From assembly GCA_013239625.1 (NCBI GenBank), contig MU053881.1:13878373-13942372 (forward strand): 64,000 nucleotides of DNA. The letters are read 5' to 3'. Under the pieces are notes generated by a model. The model was not told the DNA's origin, did no database searches, and worked only from the letters and a program-made list of their open reading frames with translations. Origin of the DNA: Lama guanicoe (taxonomy: Eukaryota). Positions 36,395-48,689 of the stretch are shown piece by piece. Positions within the stretch are counted from its first letter, which is position 1; each line of letters opens with the position of its first letter. A program made the translations under genes and the position numbers.

Positions 36395-36795
36395 TATTGG
36401 TTACAATTTTTCCTCACTTCTTTAACCATAACCTTTGCCACATAATTTTGCAGTTCATCTCATAAAAGGTGACTTTGTTCTTGACCGCGTGGTTTGCTTT
36501 GGTTAATGATATATATACTCAACACAACATGAGCACTGGCTTAAAATGGCCTTGCATGGTTGAGCTTGTCCCCTTGCACTTCTGCAATGATCATGAGAAG
36601 AAGATGCTTGCCCCGCAGTCCCAGAGGAGGGTGAGAGACGCATGGAGCAGAGCAGCCCCAGCCAACCCGCAGACCCGCCGCCTGAAGCAGGGCTCCCCCA
36701 GCTGACCAGCAACGTGTGATCAAGAAATCAATGCCTACTGTGTAGCCTCTGAGATTTGGAGGTTGTTTGTTACACAGCTATAGCTGATTAATATC
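36395..36795 (+). mobile_element. MLT1H/I-like MaLR LTR
   Basis: ttgctttggttaatg...ccttgcacttctgc..tcatgagaagaagatg...ctgagatttggaggttgtttgttacacagc.atagctgattaata. Confidence 0.8.
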
Positions 36796-36799
36796 AACG

Positions 36800-37100
36800 T
36801 GCTAGGTTCTAGTCTATAAAATACCTGGCTACAAGCAAAGAAAAAAAGTACTCTCTACCTAGAGTGACCTCATAGTCAGAGAGAAGAGAAATGAACAACT
36901 AGTTATAATTCAAGACAAAGTAAAATGAAGGTGCAGAAAGGAGTACCACAGTGCTTTCCATGGGTTCTCAAGCAAGAAGGTAGACTTTGGGCTGGTTCTT
37001 AGAGGAGTCAAAGGATTGCCCTTTGAAGAACCAAGAGGAAAGACATTCCAGGCCTTCTTTGTGGAACAGCACACACAAAGAAAAGTAAAAATGTTTTCCT
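36800..37100 (-). mobile_element. L2 fragment
   Basis: gtgctaggttct...acaactagttataattcaag...gaggaaagacattccaggc. Confidence 0.5.
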
Positions 37101-37444
37101 TCTCAGGGAACCACAGTGCTCTTCTGTGCGTGTGTATTGGTATGCCCTGCCTGTGACTGAGAAAACTAGCAGGCTACCCCAGATCACACAGCTAGCATAT
37201 GGCAGAGCTGGATTCTGGAGCTTAGGTCTCCTGACTGCAGTTCTGGGCTCCTGTCCTATAAGTGTTTACATAGCCTGCTATAGGATGGGAAAGCAAAAAT
37301 AGAAAATTAGCTTTTTTGTTGTGCCTGGAAGTAACCATCAGGGTCCAGGAGAAGGTAAATAAAGTGTGGATAGCACACGGGTCATCATCATCATTATCAT
37401 CATCACAACCATGACCACAAAAGAACAGAAACTCCCGTCGCCAT

Positions 37445-37690
37445 AATAGTGGTTATTTATTCCCCTCTGCCATGTCCTGGATGCCATTCTAAGTGCATTT
37501 TATACACCATCTTAATCCATTCTTCGTAACAATAACCCTATGAGGAAGGTACTGTTAGCCCCATTAAACAAGATGAAATAACTAAGGAACAGAGAAGTTA
37601 GGCCACTTTCTCATAATCACGTTGTAAGTCAAAAGCTAAGACATGAAGCCATCCTTGTCCATCCCAGCAGCCTGCACTGGAACCACCGTG
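37445..37690 (-). mobile_element. MIR SINE
   Basis: aaccctatgaggaaggtactgttagccccatt..acaagatgaaataactaaggaacagagaagtta. Confidence 0.75.
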
Positions 37691-37704
37691 TTCAACTTCT
37701 GCAA

Positions 37705-37868
37705 AAAATTACACTCCCCTCTGGGGGCTTTTAAAAAATACTAATGCCTATGTCCTACCCACACTAATTAAATTAGAACCTCTGCTAATGGAGTCCCTGG
37801 CACTAAATCATCTTAAAAGCTCTCCTTGTGATTGCTTTAGTACCGCCGGTGTTAAAGCGCCACGGTCA
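37705..37868. mobile_element. MER5B-like hAT MITE
   Basis: ctgggggcttttaaaaaatactaatgcct.tgtcctaccc...aattaaattagaacctctg...aaaagctctccttgtgatt. Confidence 0.75.
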
Positions 37869-38949
37869 AAGCAAAGCAGAACACAGGGGCAGGCGGGTGA
37901 GATGGACTCAGGACGTTCGTATAAAGCAAGGAAACAAAACCACAGACCAATCGGACGGAGGCCAAACAGGGTAAAACTGGCCTGAGAGTTTATAAATCAA
38001 TTGGGAAAACCTTGAAATTAGCTTACTGATAAAGGCAGTGTTCTAAATGGAGAAAGATTTCTAGAATAGCCCACTGGGGCATAACTGACCCATATAACGA
38101 GCCATCTAAAGTACCAATAATATAGATGGCACTTGGGCTCTTCAGAGTAAGAGGGGGAAAGAAGAGATGGCAAATTCTGCCATCTTTTCTAGTCTGATTC
38201 TAACTTAGATTTTGAAGTGGTCCAGGTAAGACTGGGGTACATTCTCAACTTACCTTCTGATAGGCCTTCTTATAGGCCTCTCTCCAGGTGCCTAAGACCT
38301 ACACGTTTCCCTTAACTCTCCACTGCATTGGGCACACGCAGGTCCCCAAGGCAACTTGACTGATGATATGTCCACCCCAGAATGACCCAGTTCCCCGAGC
38401 AACCCTTGCTCTCTTATCAGACTCCTCACTGAGGCTGGACACAGGCTCGGAATCCTCCCCAGCTTTAGGCAGGCCCTGAGAAGCACCACTAAGTGTGATC
38501 ATGAGGCAGGCAGCAGCTGCAAGGCCCGCCGAGGCTGAGTCAGAGCGGCAGCAGGATGCAGATACTTCTGCCTCCTCCCTCGTGCTTTCTCTGCTGATTC
38601 CAAGGGGCTGCTTTCTTTTGAGTTTCATTTGCCAAATCAGACCTCCCATTGGCGTGTTTCCTTGTGCACTAAACTTTTGGTGAAGACCTCCCTGGCCATA
38701 GGTCCGGCAGCCCATGATGGAGAAGTCCCTCCTGTGTGTGCTCTGCTTTATACGAGTCCAGTCCAGGTGCAGCATCACCTTGCTCCTCGTCAAAACCCTG
38801 TGAGTGATACAAGATGACTTGACATTTCCCCCTTGTGTCCCATAACATTGAAGCTCGACATGGAAGGAGTGTTAGGATTTTAAAATGCTAGTCGAGAGGG
38901 AAATTGTCTCCACTCACGACACAGTTTACATCAAGATTGGAATCTTGTA

Positions 38950-39600
38950 TTTGGTCAACAGACATTTTCTGAACACCTGCCATGTGCTAAGTGTCAGGAT
39001 AGTACCTACAATTCGATAAGCCGATAATGGTCAGCACCTTGAAGAGTCTATAAGCCAGCACAGACTTGGCCCCATGCTTGTTTTGCTAAATCACGTGTCA
39101 TGAATACGCACTTATATATCGCCTTCCCCTGCTTTTGGGTGACAAGAGTGGAGCTGAGTAATTGTTAACAGAAATCACATAGCTCAGAAAGCCGAAAATA
39201 TTTCCTAACCGAGTCTTTACAGAAAATGTTGCTGACCCCTGGTCTAGTAGAGGGAGGCTTCAGTGAAACTGTGTGTTGCAGGTCTTATTCTAGAATTCTG
39301 GGCGGGGTGTACAGCATGGGCACAAATGAGTCAGGAGGAGGCTTCACAGAAGAGATGATGTGTTAAATGATACCCAAGCAGAGAGGCAGGGTACAGGGAC
39401 GCCGGCCGAGGTAGAAGCACGAGCGAAACAATGAAGATACAAAACAGCCAGGCTCATTAGGGAACAGCACGGCTGGAGGAGGGCGAGTCAGCAAAGAGCG
39501 GTGGTCGGAGGCCATGACAGGAAGGCTCCGTATGCAAACCTAAAGCCGCTGACTGTGGGCCCGGGAGCCTTGGAGGTTTTTAGGTGGCAGGTGCAGGCTG
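38950..39600 (-). mobile_element. L2 fragment interrupted by MER58
   Basis: caacagacattttctgaacacctgccatgtgctaag; gagtcaggaggaggcttcacagaagagatgatg. Confidence 0.55.
39048..39242. mobile_element. MER58A-like hAT MITE (partial)
   Basis: ggagctgagtaattgttaacagaaatcacatagctcagaaagccgaaaatattt...tctttacagaaaatgttgctgacccctg. Confidence 0.75.
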
Positions 39601-40029
39601 TATGCCACAAATGAAATCCTGCATTTCTCCTCCAGGCTGAGCAACCCTTCAAGATGATTTAGGGTTCAGTAGCTGCGATGCCATTATTGCATACAATGAG
39701 GTATAGCTTAAACTGAATAAACTGAATCTCTGTTAAATGCAATTTCAAGCTGTTTCTTCCCCTTACCATAGTTCCTGGCAGTAGCTAAGAAGGACAGTGA
39801 CAGAGTACTGTGGAAATAGATGAGCAAGATATCTGGCTTAATCTGTGGGAGTTAGATGTCCCCAGGAAGTGACATTGAAGGCAAGATTTGAGAGCTGAGC
39901 GCATATCAGCAAGGGAAAGAGTCTCACGTGAGAACTTTGTCCTTCCAGTTCAAACTCTGCAAAACCAGATTGTCCCAAAATGGCACTCTTCTTCCTTGGA
40001 AGGTCACTGGGTTAAAATATCATGGAGTC

Positions 40030-40150
40030 CACCCGTAAAATGGAGATGATAATGGTACCCATATATCACAGGGTTGGTCTAAGGGCAGAAGAAAGTGATA
40101 CACAGAAGGTGCTTCACATAAGGTCTAGCCCATAGTAAGCACACAAGAAA
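40030..40150 (+). mobile_element. MIR 3' fragment
   Basis: cccgtaaaatggagatgataatggtacc...cacagggttg...catagtaagcac. Confidence 0.65.
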
Positions 40151-40864
40151 GGCAGGCTGTCATTCGTAGTAACTGTTCCTTTCTTCTTGTTCGAATGGTG
40201 AGCCTGTCTTGAGTGTTTCATACCCTTCACTGAGTCTAGACATAAAAAGGTTTTGGTCCATAAGTTGTTGTGAAATAGTGTTTGATACTGAATGTGAATG
40301 AGTGAATCTCAGGGTCAGAAGTGGTGGAATTCCATCGCCCGTGAAGTGTGGAAATCCCCGTTTCCAAACCCCTAACAGATGGCCTTCCAATACCATTTGG
40401 ATGAGGCCAGTGACCACTTGCTCCCCAACTGGGCAGCTCTGATCACAGCAAAACTCTTCTCCATAAGGAACTCAAATTAGCATTCCTGAAAGAGCCACCC
40501 ACTGGACTTCTGTCCTGTGGATCACATAGAGCATGGCTTCTGTCCGTTCTGCATGATAACCCTTCAAATCTCCTGATCGTGGCCTTCCCACACAGAGCCC
40601 ACTGCAGAATGGGGTCGCTCCATGGCGCTGCATGGTCTTCTTTCTCTGACCTTTAGTGATTTTAAAAGACAGAGGCCTTTCCCACAAAAGCTCGCATCTC
40701 ATTCCTCTCTGCATCCAAGCACCCAGCAGTGTCACCCACACACAGTAGGCGCTCAGCAAATGTTTGTGACAAATAAAGGAAAGAATTCCTATTTCAAAGT
40801 GTGCTACTCTTTAAAAGGCAAAATAAACCTGGATAATCATTCAGCCCATTTTATTCCAAACTCT

Positions 40865-41040
40865 ATAGTGTGCATCAGAAAACATCACGGGGAACTTGGG
40901 ATAAGATGCAGATTTCTGAACTGCACCTTCAGAGACTGAATCCTTCAATCTGGAGTTTTCTCAGTCATCTGCACTTTTATCAAGCACCTTGCGGGTATCT
41001 GAATCAGGCGGTGACCACACTGGAGGAACGCTGCTTTAAG
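40865..41040. mobile_element. MER5-like hAT MITE
   Basis: gtgtgcatcagaa..catcacggggaactt...atgcagatt...atctgcactttt.tcaagcacc...gaggaacgctgct. Confidence 0.7.
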
Positions 41041-41539
41041 CACTCCAGACATCAAGCCCAGTAACTTTTATGAAACTTGCTATTTGGAAGTAGCCAGCAC
41101 ATTTCAGTTCTTTCTACCTAGAACAACTTTTCATTTGCTCTCTTATTTTTTTTTCCTTCTTGAAGCTTCCCCCAACCCCGCCCTGGGCTACTCAGCCATA
41201 GCTCCCTTCCCATGCTGAGAGGTAAGTATGCTCCATCTATTACATTCTTTTCAGACCTCCTAAGGAGATAATTAGGCATTGCAATTGATTGCAATTTATT
41301 AATCAGAGCAGGATGTTACAGAGTCTGGAGGTTGGTGGAGGAGAGCGTGAGGCACAGTCCTGAAGTCTAGTATAAATGCAGGGCAAGTGCAGAGTGACGG
41401 GGGAATGAGACAAAAATAGCCACCAAATCACAGGATGTTTTAAGCCGATTCCGTAGTTTCCACTGTGATATCCTGATCTATGAAAAAGGGGTATTAAAAC
41501 CTGACTGGTCTACCACCACAGCCAGGTGTGGGATTTATT

Positions 41540-41875
41540 CTATAAATATTTGTGTGCCTGTGAGGTGACAAGTACCAAGGTGGTAAGGATATATCAGAGA
41601 ACAAGATGAAATTCTTGTCTCCTAGAGGCACAGATAAAAACATGTAAATACGCACATTATGTTCTACTATGTTATATGATGCAGCAAGTAAGTAGAACTG
41701 AGTGATGTGATGGAGAGGAATGGAAGGTGCAGGTGAGGTCTCCTAGTAAGGAGGGAGGTCAGGGAGGGGTCTCCAAGGAGGCGATATTTAAGCAGAAAGC
41801 TAAGTGATGCAAAAGAGCATCGTCCCTTGTGAAGAGCTGGTGGGTAAAAAGCTTCAGGAAGCACGGAGAAGAGTC
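41540..41875 (-). mobile_element. L2 fragment
   Basis: aaatatttgtgtgcct...agggaggtcagggaggggtctccaaggaggcgatatttaagcaga. Confidence 0.65.
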
Positions 41876-41892
41876 ATCTGTAATGGGACCCT

Positions 41893-42053
41893 TTTTTAAA
41901 TAGATTTTTTAAGTTCTTTTTTTTTCCCCCTTTAAGTTTCTTCTTGAGGTGGAGTAGTAGGTTTCTTTATTTTTAGAGGAGGTACTGGGCATTGAACCCA
42001 GGACTTGTGCACATTAAGCATGTGCTCTACCACTTGAGCTGTGCCCTCCCCCC
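41893..42053 (-). mobile_element. Vic-1-like tRNA-derived camelid SINE
   Basis: minus strand ggggggagggcacagctcaagtggtagagcacatgcttaatgtgcacaagtcctgggttcaatgcccagtacctcc with Pol III A and B boxes and an A-rich tail; imperfect TSD tgtaatgggaccct / tgtcatgggatctt. Confidence 0.85.
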
Positions 42054-42109
42054 TGTCATGGGATCTTGAACTCCCACAGGCTAGTAAGCCACCAAGGACC
42101 TAGTCTGTC

Positions 42110-42210
42110 TAGTTTAGCCCATTCGTTCAACAGGTAGAAAAACACAAACCCAGAGAAGTTAGCAGATCTCTCGTCAGTGGGAGACTGAGGAGACCAGGGC
42201 CCAGGTTTCA
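42110..42210 (-). mobile_element. MIR fragment
   Basis: cccattcgttcaacaggtagaaaa...cccagagaagttag. Confidence 0.5.
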
Positions 42211-42224
42211 GAATGTGTAATGGA

Positions 42225-42405
42225 GCTTTTGTTGTCTTCTTTCTTGGTTTTCTTCTTCTGTTCTTCTTTTTCTTTCTTTCTTTCTCTCTTCCTTCCCCTC
42301 TCTGCTACGTCCTTCTCTGAGTTCCCTTATTTCTCCTCCCTTCTTCCCTCCTTTTTTCTGTCCTCTCCTCCACTCCCCATCCTTACATGTCCCTCTTCTT
42401 CCCCG
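42225..42405. repeat. polypyrimidine (CT-rich) low-complexity tract
   Basis: about 180 bp almost entirely C/T. Confidence 0.85.
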
Positions 42406-45400
42406 TGACATCAGTCTCTCCTGACTCCTTGGCTTGTGGTCAGTGTTAGGTCAAGGCAGTGATATTTATCCCCACATGAAGACAGTTCTCACCCACAGCC
42501 CTAGGCTACTTGACAGCATCAGGTGATTGCAAATCCTGACAACCTCAAAGTCTCACTCCCATAGTCCTCCCTCCCTCTCTTTAAAAGCTACTTGTTGTTT
42601 GGCTAAAAAAATTTTCCCTTTTCTTAGTGTCTGATATACAAGCTACCTCCGTGACTTAAGAGGTTGTGTATTTGCACCCCTATACAAGATGTTTGATAGA
42701 GAAGGTACAGAGCAAGACCCAAGTGTAGCAAAATTTAAACCGAGCATCTAATACCATGGGCAAAGCGTTAAATACATGTTACTGCCATTAGGCATAGAAG
42801 AAGATAAAGATTTTATGCAAACCACAGGGAAGTGCTACCCTTTTTAAAGAGGTCTGTTTGTTCATATCTGTCCCATTTCTGGCAGCAGATGTCTTATTTC
42901 AGCCCGGAATCTTATGAGGGATGATTGGCAACAGTGGTACTCCAAACATTGATACTGGTGACCCAAACAGATGTCTGATCTCTAAACTGTTGAGTGTAGC
43001 TGCAGCGCATTGTGAGTTCATCACGCCCTCTCCCCAGCACACATTCCCAAGTGAGTCCGAATACAAATCCCTGACCATCATTTCAATGTCATGTTTCCAA
43101 CCACATAGCCAGAGAATGCGGAGCTGGCATCTGTGGAAATTGATTTTTCTTTCTCTGTAGAAAGAGTCTTTTGCTGTCACAGCAAAGCATATTCTTTTCC
43201 TTAGAAAGAAAGTAAAAGGAATGACTGGGAGTGCTTTTATCCTGCCAAGTAACCAGCATCCGTCTTCCACACAGCTTTTCAACTCTTTCAACTCTATCTG
43301 CCACTGCTGAAACATAATAGCTGCACACACATAACTGAGCCTCTGAAAAATAACAATCCAAAATATATTCCCTCAGCCAGTCTCCCTAGGACTCAGTTTG
43401 CTCGTCTGCAAAATGAGGGCGCCAAATATTAGTGATGTTGAGGTTTGTGGCATCTCTACCATCCTGTTCCTTCTAGGTTCTCAGTTCCTCCCTTTAGGAA
43501 TGATGCTACTTGGGAAATAGAGTAAATCTCAGACTTCTCCCTCATCTCTTTCCTTACCAACAATCAAAGAAAGATATTCTCTGTGTCTTTTGATCTTGAT
43601 ATTATTAAAATTACGTACTTTTCATGGAAGTTCAGAGGGAGTTAAAAAAGAATGATTAAAACTTGGTTATGAGTTGCTGTGGGATGCTGGGAAGTACCTC
43701 ATGATGGTTTTGGGATTCAGCCTTTGAGCTTGATTACATTTGTAAGTGGTGTTTCAATATGGAAGAGAATTTGCTTTATAAAATGTATATCCTTAGACAA
43801 GGAACTACAAAACGTCACAGAAGAGGTTTGGAAAATCCTTACCCCAAAATGCAATGATAAAACTGGACAGAATTGTTTAAAAGCAATCCTTGTAGGATTG
43901 ATCAAAGGCATACAATAGATTGAGAAGTGTTTATTCAAGAAAAACTCCTAACCATCTATAAGGGTGGTGACATTTTAGGCTGCCCCTATCCGCAGCTTCA
44001 TGGCGTTGTAGTTCTAGCATGGCTGAGCAGAGCGTGAGAGCAGACGGCTCCATGACCGTTATCGGCTGGCCTGATTTGGAACAGAGTGGAGAAAAGCCAC
44101 GTGCCCAAGGGCTTCGTCAAACAGAGGTCTCAGTGCTAATCTCGGAGGACAAACATCATATCTGCCTGAGATCATGCTCCTGACTACGCCAAGCAACAGA
44201 TTAGCTAGAAGTGTGGTCAGAAAATTCAAGGAACAAGGCAGGCACAACAGACTTTGATAGTAATCCAGATGTTTCTAGTTGTCTAGAAGGCTGGGTGCCT
44301 GCTCAGGAGAGACCAGAGAAGACCTTAGCTGTTTATTCGTCTCTGGTGGAGTGTGAGTCCTTGCACCAGCAGGAAGTAACAGCTGGTACATGTGTGATAA
44401 CTGCCTGAGCTTTCAGGGCATTTTACAATTGAAACTCAGAGACATCAGCAAAAAGTGAATGTCTCAAGGTGTTCAAACACAACTCCTGACCAATCCGATG
44501 ACCGCAAAGCTATGCCAACATGGGGGTGAACCCAAGAAAGCCAGGTTTAACACGGTTTTTTAAAAAAGGACTTAAAAGAAAAAAATTGCACAACAAAAAA
44601 TTATTATGAAAGTCTATAAATGCACGAGAAATGCATTGAAGTCCCAAGCCCAGGTGCTGCCCCAAGCAGCCCTTCTCCCCGCTCCCTTACTCTCTGAACT
44701 TGTTGGGGCTGTGGGTAGATGCGGCTACAGGGGCCAGACGTCCCCAGTGAAGACTGGAAGACAAGTAGTCTCGCCATGGTGCGAACCACAGTCTGGAGAG
44801 GCTGTGCCCTGATTGGGAAGAGTGGGGAGAAATCTGCACCTTGGTAGGAAGAGCTGACTCCTTCACCCAGACACCTTTCCCTTCCTGATGGAGGCTGGGG
44901 GTGGGCCTGCTCCCACCTTCTCACCTTCCTAGTGAGACGGAGAGCAGTCCATGACCTCCCCCTCCCCCTCACACATACTGTAGGAGCTATGGGGACTTCC
45001 ACGGGTCTGTGTGTGTGTGTGTGCATGTGTAGTTATAGGGGTGGCTGCTGTGGGACTTGTTTTGTCTCTGCCACAAATGAAAATGTGTTATTTTTTGTTT
45101 GAAACCTTGCCTCCTGTCTCAAGGCCAGAAAGGGTGCAAACAGCTCAGTGGGTGGAACATGACTGATCACCTTGTGTTGACCTTGGCTATTGACTGTTGG
45201 ACTCAGTGGACCTAGGAGAGCTGGGGGTAGGGTGGTAGCATAAAGCAGTTTCCTTTTTGTGTTCTTTATCCCCCGTATGGGAGAATACCAGAGGGAAAGT
45301 GGGGGAAATTTCTCCAAACGAAACGTGGAGAAGCAGTAGGACGTGCTGCTCACAGGCTTGGACGATGCATCTCTTCACGTATTCAGGGACCACTCAGGTC

Positions 45401-46475
45401 TGTCTCCAGGCACAGGGCGGGATCTGGATTCAAAAATACAAACACAAAAACAGACCCCAGGCTTAGGTAGGATTTCCCTTCCTTCTCCACTTGATAAGAT
45501 AGCCCAGCTAAGTGGTTCAGGAATGGGAACTGGAAACTTTGAACTTGACCGTGACGTCACTCCCCTGAATGGGCTCCTTTTGGAAAGGAAGACCCTCCCC
45601 CTGGAATCTCTACCAGTGCCTGGCTGAACGTCTTCTTTGCAGGCAAAGGGATCACCCATCCATCAGTGGTCAGGATGTCCCCAGAGCAGCTACACAGTGC
45701 CCCAGGGCCAGTGAGATGGGGAGAAGAGACGTGGGTACCATGAGTGAAAAATGAAGAAACTGAATGAAGAAGGACCAACCAACTGGTTGGAAGGAACAGA
45801 ATGTCCCCATTTTCCTTAATTGAGACTCTTGCCTTGTGACCTTGATGAGCTTGGTGGGGGCCCAGCAGGACCCTTCAGAGACACGCTTACCCCCTGTTCC
45901 ACAGGAGGGTCCTGCGTGTTTCTCAGAGGGTACAGTGTTGCTGCGTGCGCCTCACTTCGGGCCCCTGCTCAGCCTGCTGAAATCAGCGTGGGCAAAGGTC
46001 CTAAATGCTTCTCATGTCCACCCGTGTGCAGTGGGGCAAAGGTGTTGAGTGGTTTACAATGAGGACTGATGGCAGAGAAGTTTTCCAAGAAGTGAGAGAC
46101 ACCAAACAGGGCAGAGGTGTTGAGGGCAGTCCCCCTGAAGAGTCTGGTTGAAGAAGCTGCAGGAGCCTCCTGAGAGACCACTGCTGGTCTCCGTGTGCAG
46201 AGAGGCGAACACGGCTGGTGCAGCCGGCTCATCCCGGCTCCGCCCCAGTCCCCTGCCCTGGCCCCACCTCCTGAACCACAGGCCTAGAAAGAACCGGTTC
46301 TGATATTGAAGTGTCGGCTTATGTCTTATCCCTGAAGCCCCCCTGCAGCTCAGTTTAAGTAACTGAGAGGCTTGTCTCCTGAGTTGGAGAATTTCCCTTG
46401 CTCCTCTTTATTGTGTTCCAGATCCTTCTGCCTGTGTTGCCCAGTAGACTGTGAGCTGCCTAAGGGGAGCTCATT

Positions 46476-46600
46476 TCTCTCTCTCACTCTCTCTCTCTCT
46501 CTCTTTTTTTTTTTGGTATATACAATTTTTTACTGAAGTGTAGTCAGTTTACAATGTTGTGTCAATTTCTGTTGTACAGCACACGCTTCAGTCATGCATC
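46476..46600 (-). mobile_element. very short L1 3' end with a (CT)n/poly-T tail
   Basis: tttttactgaagtgtagtcagtttacaatgttgtgtcaatttctgttgtacagca, the same terminus family as the other young L1 ends. Confidence 0.75.
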
Positions 46601-47299
46601 CATCCCTCTTATTCTCCTTTGTGTCACCTGCACCAGGAACACCTGATACGGAGTAAACGTTCAAAGCTTCGAAACTTTGCCTGACTGGGTCTGCTTCTTT
46701 CCACCCGCTCACCTGTGGGTCGGATGAGGACGCGGGGTCTGTGGTCTCTACTGGCAGGCATGCCTGTTTCAGTGCAAATGAAACAACCAGAGGAGCGTGC
46801 TCTGGCTGGGCTTTCGATGTGACACTGATAGCAAGCTCTCGTGTTTCAGGCTCCTTTTTGATACAAACATTGCTGCTCCTTGGAAGGCTAGGTGCCTGTA
46901 TCCTGAAGCAACACGTGGATTTCCCGGAATTTAAATTTTGTGACTGCTTTGCAGAGATGTCATGGGTAGGAACAGGATCCCCGATTTGAGGAGCTGTGAT
47001 GCGTAGCGTCTCCAGCTCTTCGAGGCTGGAAATCCCCTGGCTCCCTGCATCTCCTCCAAGAGCTGTAACCTCATTATGCAGTGATGACTGTCACTCGTGG
47101 GAAGATAGGGGATCAGAGCTCCCGCGTATTACACACACAGTCACTCAGAAGGAGTCTTATTTGTGGCTTTCGCTTTTCGTTCGGCTTCTTCTGCTCAGGT
47201 CAAAGAGATTAAAATTAAGGACCTAAGAGAGGAAGCAGTATATTAACAGCTTTTTTGTTTGTTTGTTTGAATATTTCCCCAACCTCTTCTGATGATGGT

Positions 47300-47460
47300 T
47301 TAAGGTCATAGGAAAAAAAGTCCAGGCTATGGGACCTGGTTTGTCACGATACCCCAGTTTGTCATTATTCTCTGTGTGACCTTCAGCAAGTTTATGTCTC
47401 AGTCAACTATTTCTTTAGCCATAAAATGGTAGTATCCAGTAACCTGATGGAATGTTTTAA
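47300..47460 (+). mobile_element. MIR fragment
   Basis: ctctgtgtgaccttcagcaagttt...ataaaatgg. Confidence 0.5.
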
Positions 47461-48009
47461 ATGAAAAAGAAACCCAGGTATCAGCTGTCCTCTTGTCTTG
47501 GGGATCCTTTGCTTCCATGGGCTATCTCCCCAGTAGATCAGCTGGTACCCACTCAGATGCATATCTCAGCTCCTCCTCAAGCTCCTTTAAAGAGGAATCT
47601 CATACAAGTGTCTTCCTGAGCGAGGTCAATTTTATTGAAGATTTTGTAAGATTGAGGAGGAAATTTATTACATAGATGACTTATTTTTCAACTTTTGTTA
47701 CTCATTTTTTGTTCCCCTAACGAGCGTCAGCTAAGCTCCCATAGGTATGATGGGGCCAGGATGCTTTTGGATCCTTCCTCCGCAGAGGGACCCATCGGCC
47801 TGGCCCCTCCCATTCCCTTCCTGGGGAACTTGAGTTCCTCACCTTGCCATTCTTATGCAGACGTGTTTTCTACCCCCTAAAGCCTTGAGGTCTGGCCTTT
47901 GAGGCTCTGAAACGCTCAGGGACTTGTGAAAGCAAATTTCAAAAAATAGCCAAGTGTCTTTAATGAGAAAGTGGTGTCCTTGTTGTAAAGAAAGTTTTAA
48001 AAAATCTCC

Positions 48010-48270
48010 CTGAGGTCAGACTGCTTGGATTAAATTCTGGTTCTGCAATTTCCTAGCTTATGATCTTGGACCAGTTGTTTCCCCTTGGTAAACTTTAATT
48101 TCCCCATCTCTAAATTAGGAATAAGGGAATTTGCATTATAATGTTGTTATGTTTGAGATGATCCCTAAAAAGTGCTTAGCACAGGACCAGGCTTATAACC
48201 CCATCAACATTAAGAAGTAGATACACAAAATGCCTAGTACCTAGCAGACTTTCAATAAGGACCTGTTACT
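48010..48270 (+). mobile_element. MIR SINE
   Basis: ggtcagactgcttggattaaattctggttctgc..ttcctagcttatgatcttgg...tttccccatctctaaat..aaagtgcttagcacag. Confidence 0.75.
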
Positions 48271-48291
48271 GCTGTTTCATAGGCTTTTATA

Positions 48292-48308
48292 TGAGTCAGA
48301 TGACGTCA
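48292..48308. promoter_or_regulatory. adjacent AP-1 (TGAGTCA) and CRE (TGACGTCA) sites
   Basis: a-tgagtca-ga-tgacgtca-t; motif match only. Confidence 0.4.
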
Positions 48309-48689
48309 TGTTGTCATGTGCATTAAAAATGGTAGAAATTTCAGGCACTGCTGGGGGAATATTTTGAACTGAATATATGGTTGAGTGGGGAGCGTTTCTG
48401 TACTCATTAAATCAGAACTGCCTATGAAAAGGAACTGTCCTGGATGGATTTTGGAAATGCAGGTTGTCCTATGTGTCCAGGAACCTTTTAAATTTACAGG
48501 AATGCATTGTCTGCCCCATAGCATTTCCAGACTAAGGTGTCATGACTCGTTTTTCCTTATTAGGTAGATTCTGGGTTCATGGAGTGGTCCTTCCCCTTAA
48601 CCAGAGGTCTGGCCAGTGAGCTTCATTTTCACTGGTATTTATCAAACTTTAATCTCATAAGGCTCTTATTGAGTGGTGCCATCTACTTC

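Noticed and set aside
41975..42053. tRNA gene
   Set aside because: The tRNA-like head has an A-rich tail and a TSD and lacks a proper acceptor stem, so it is a SINE.
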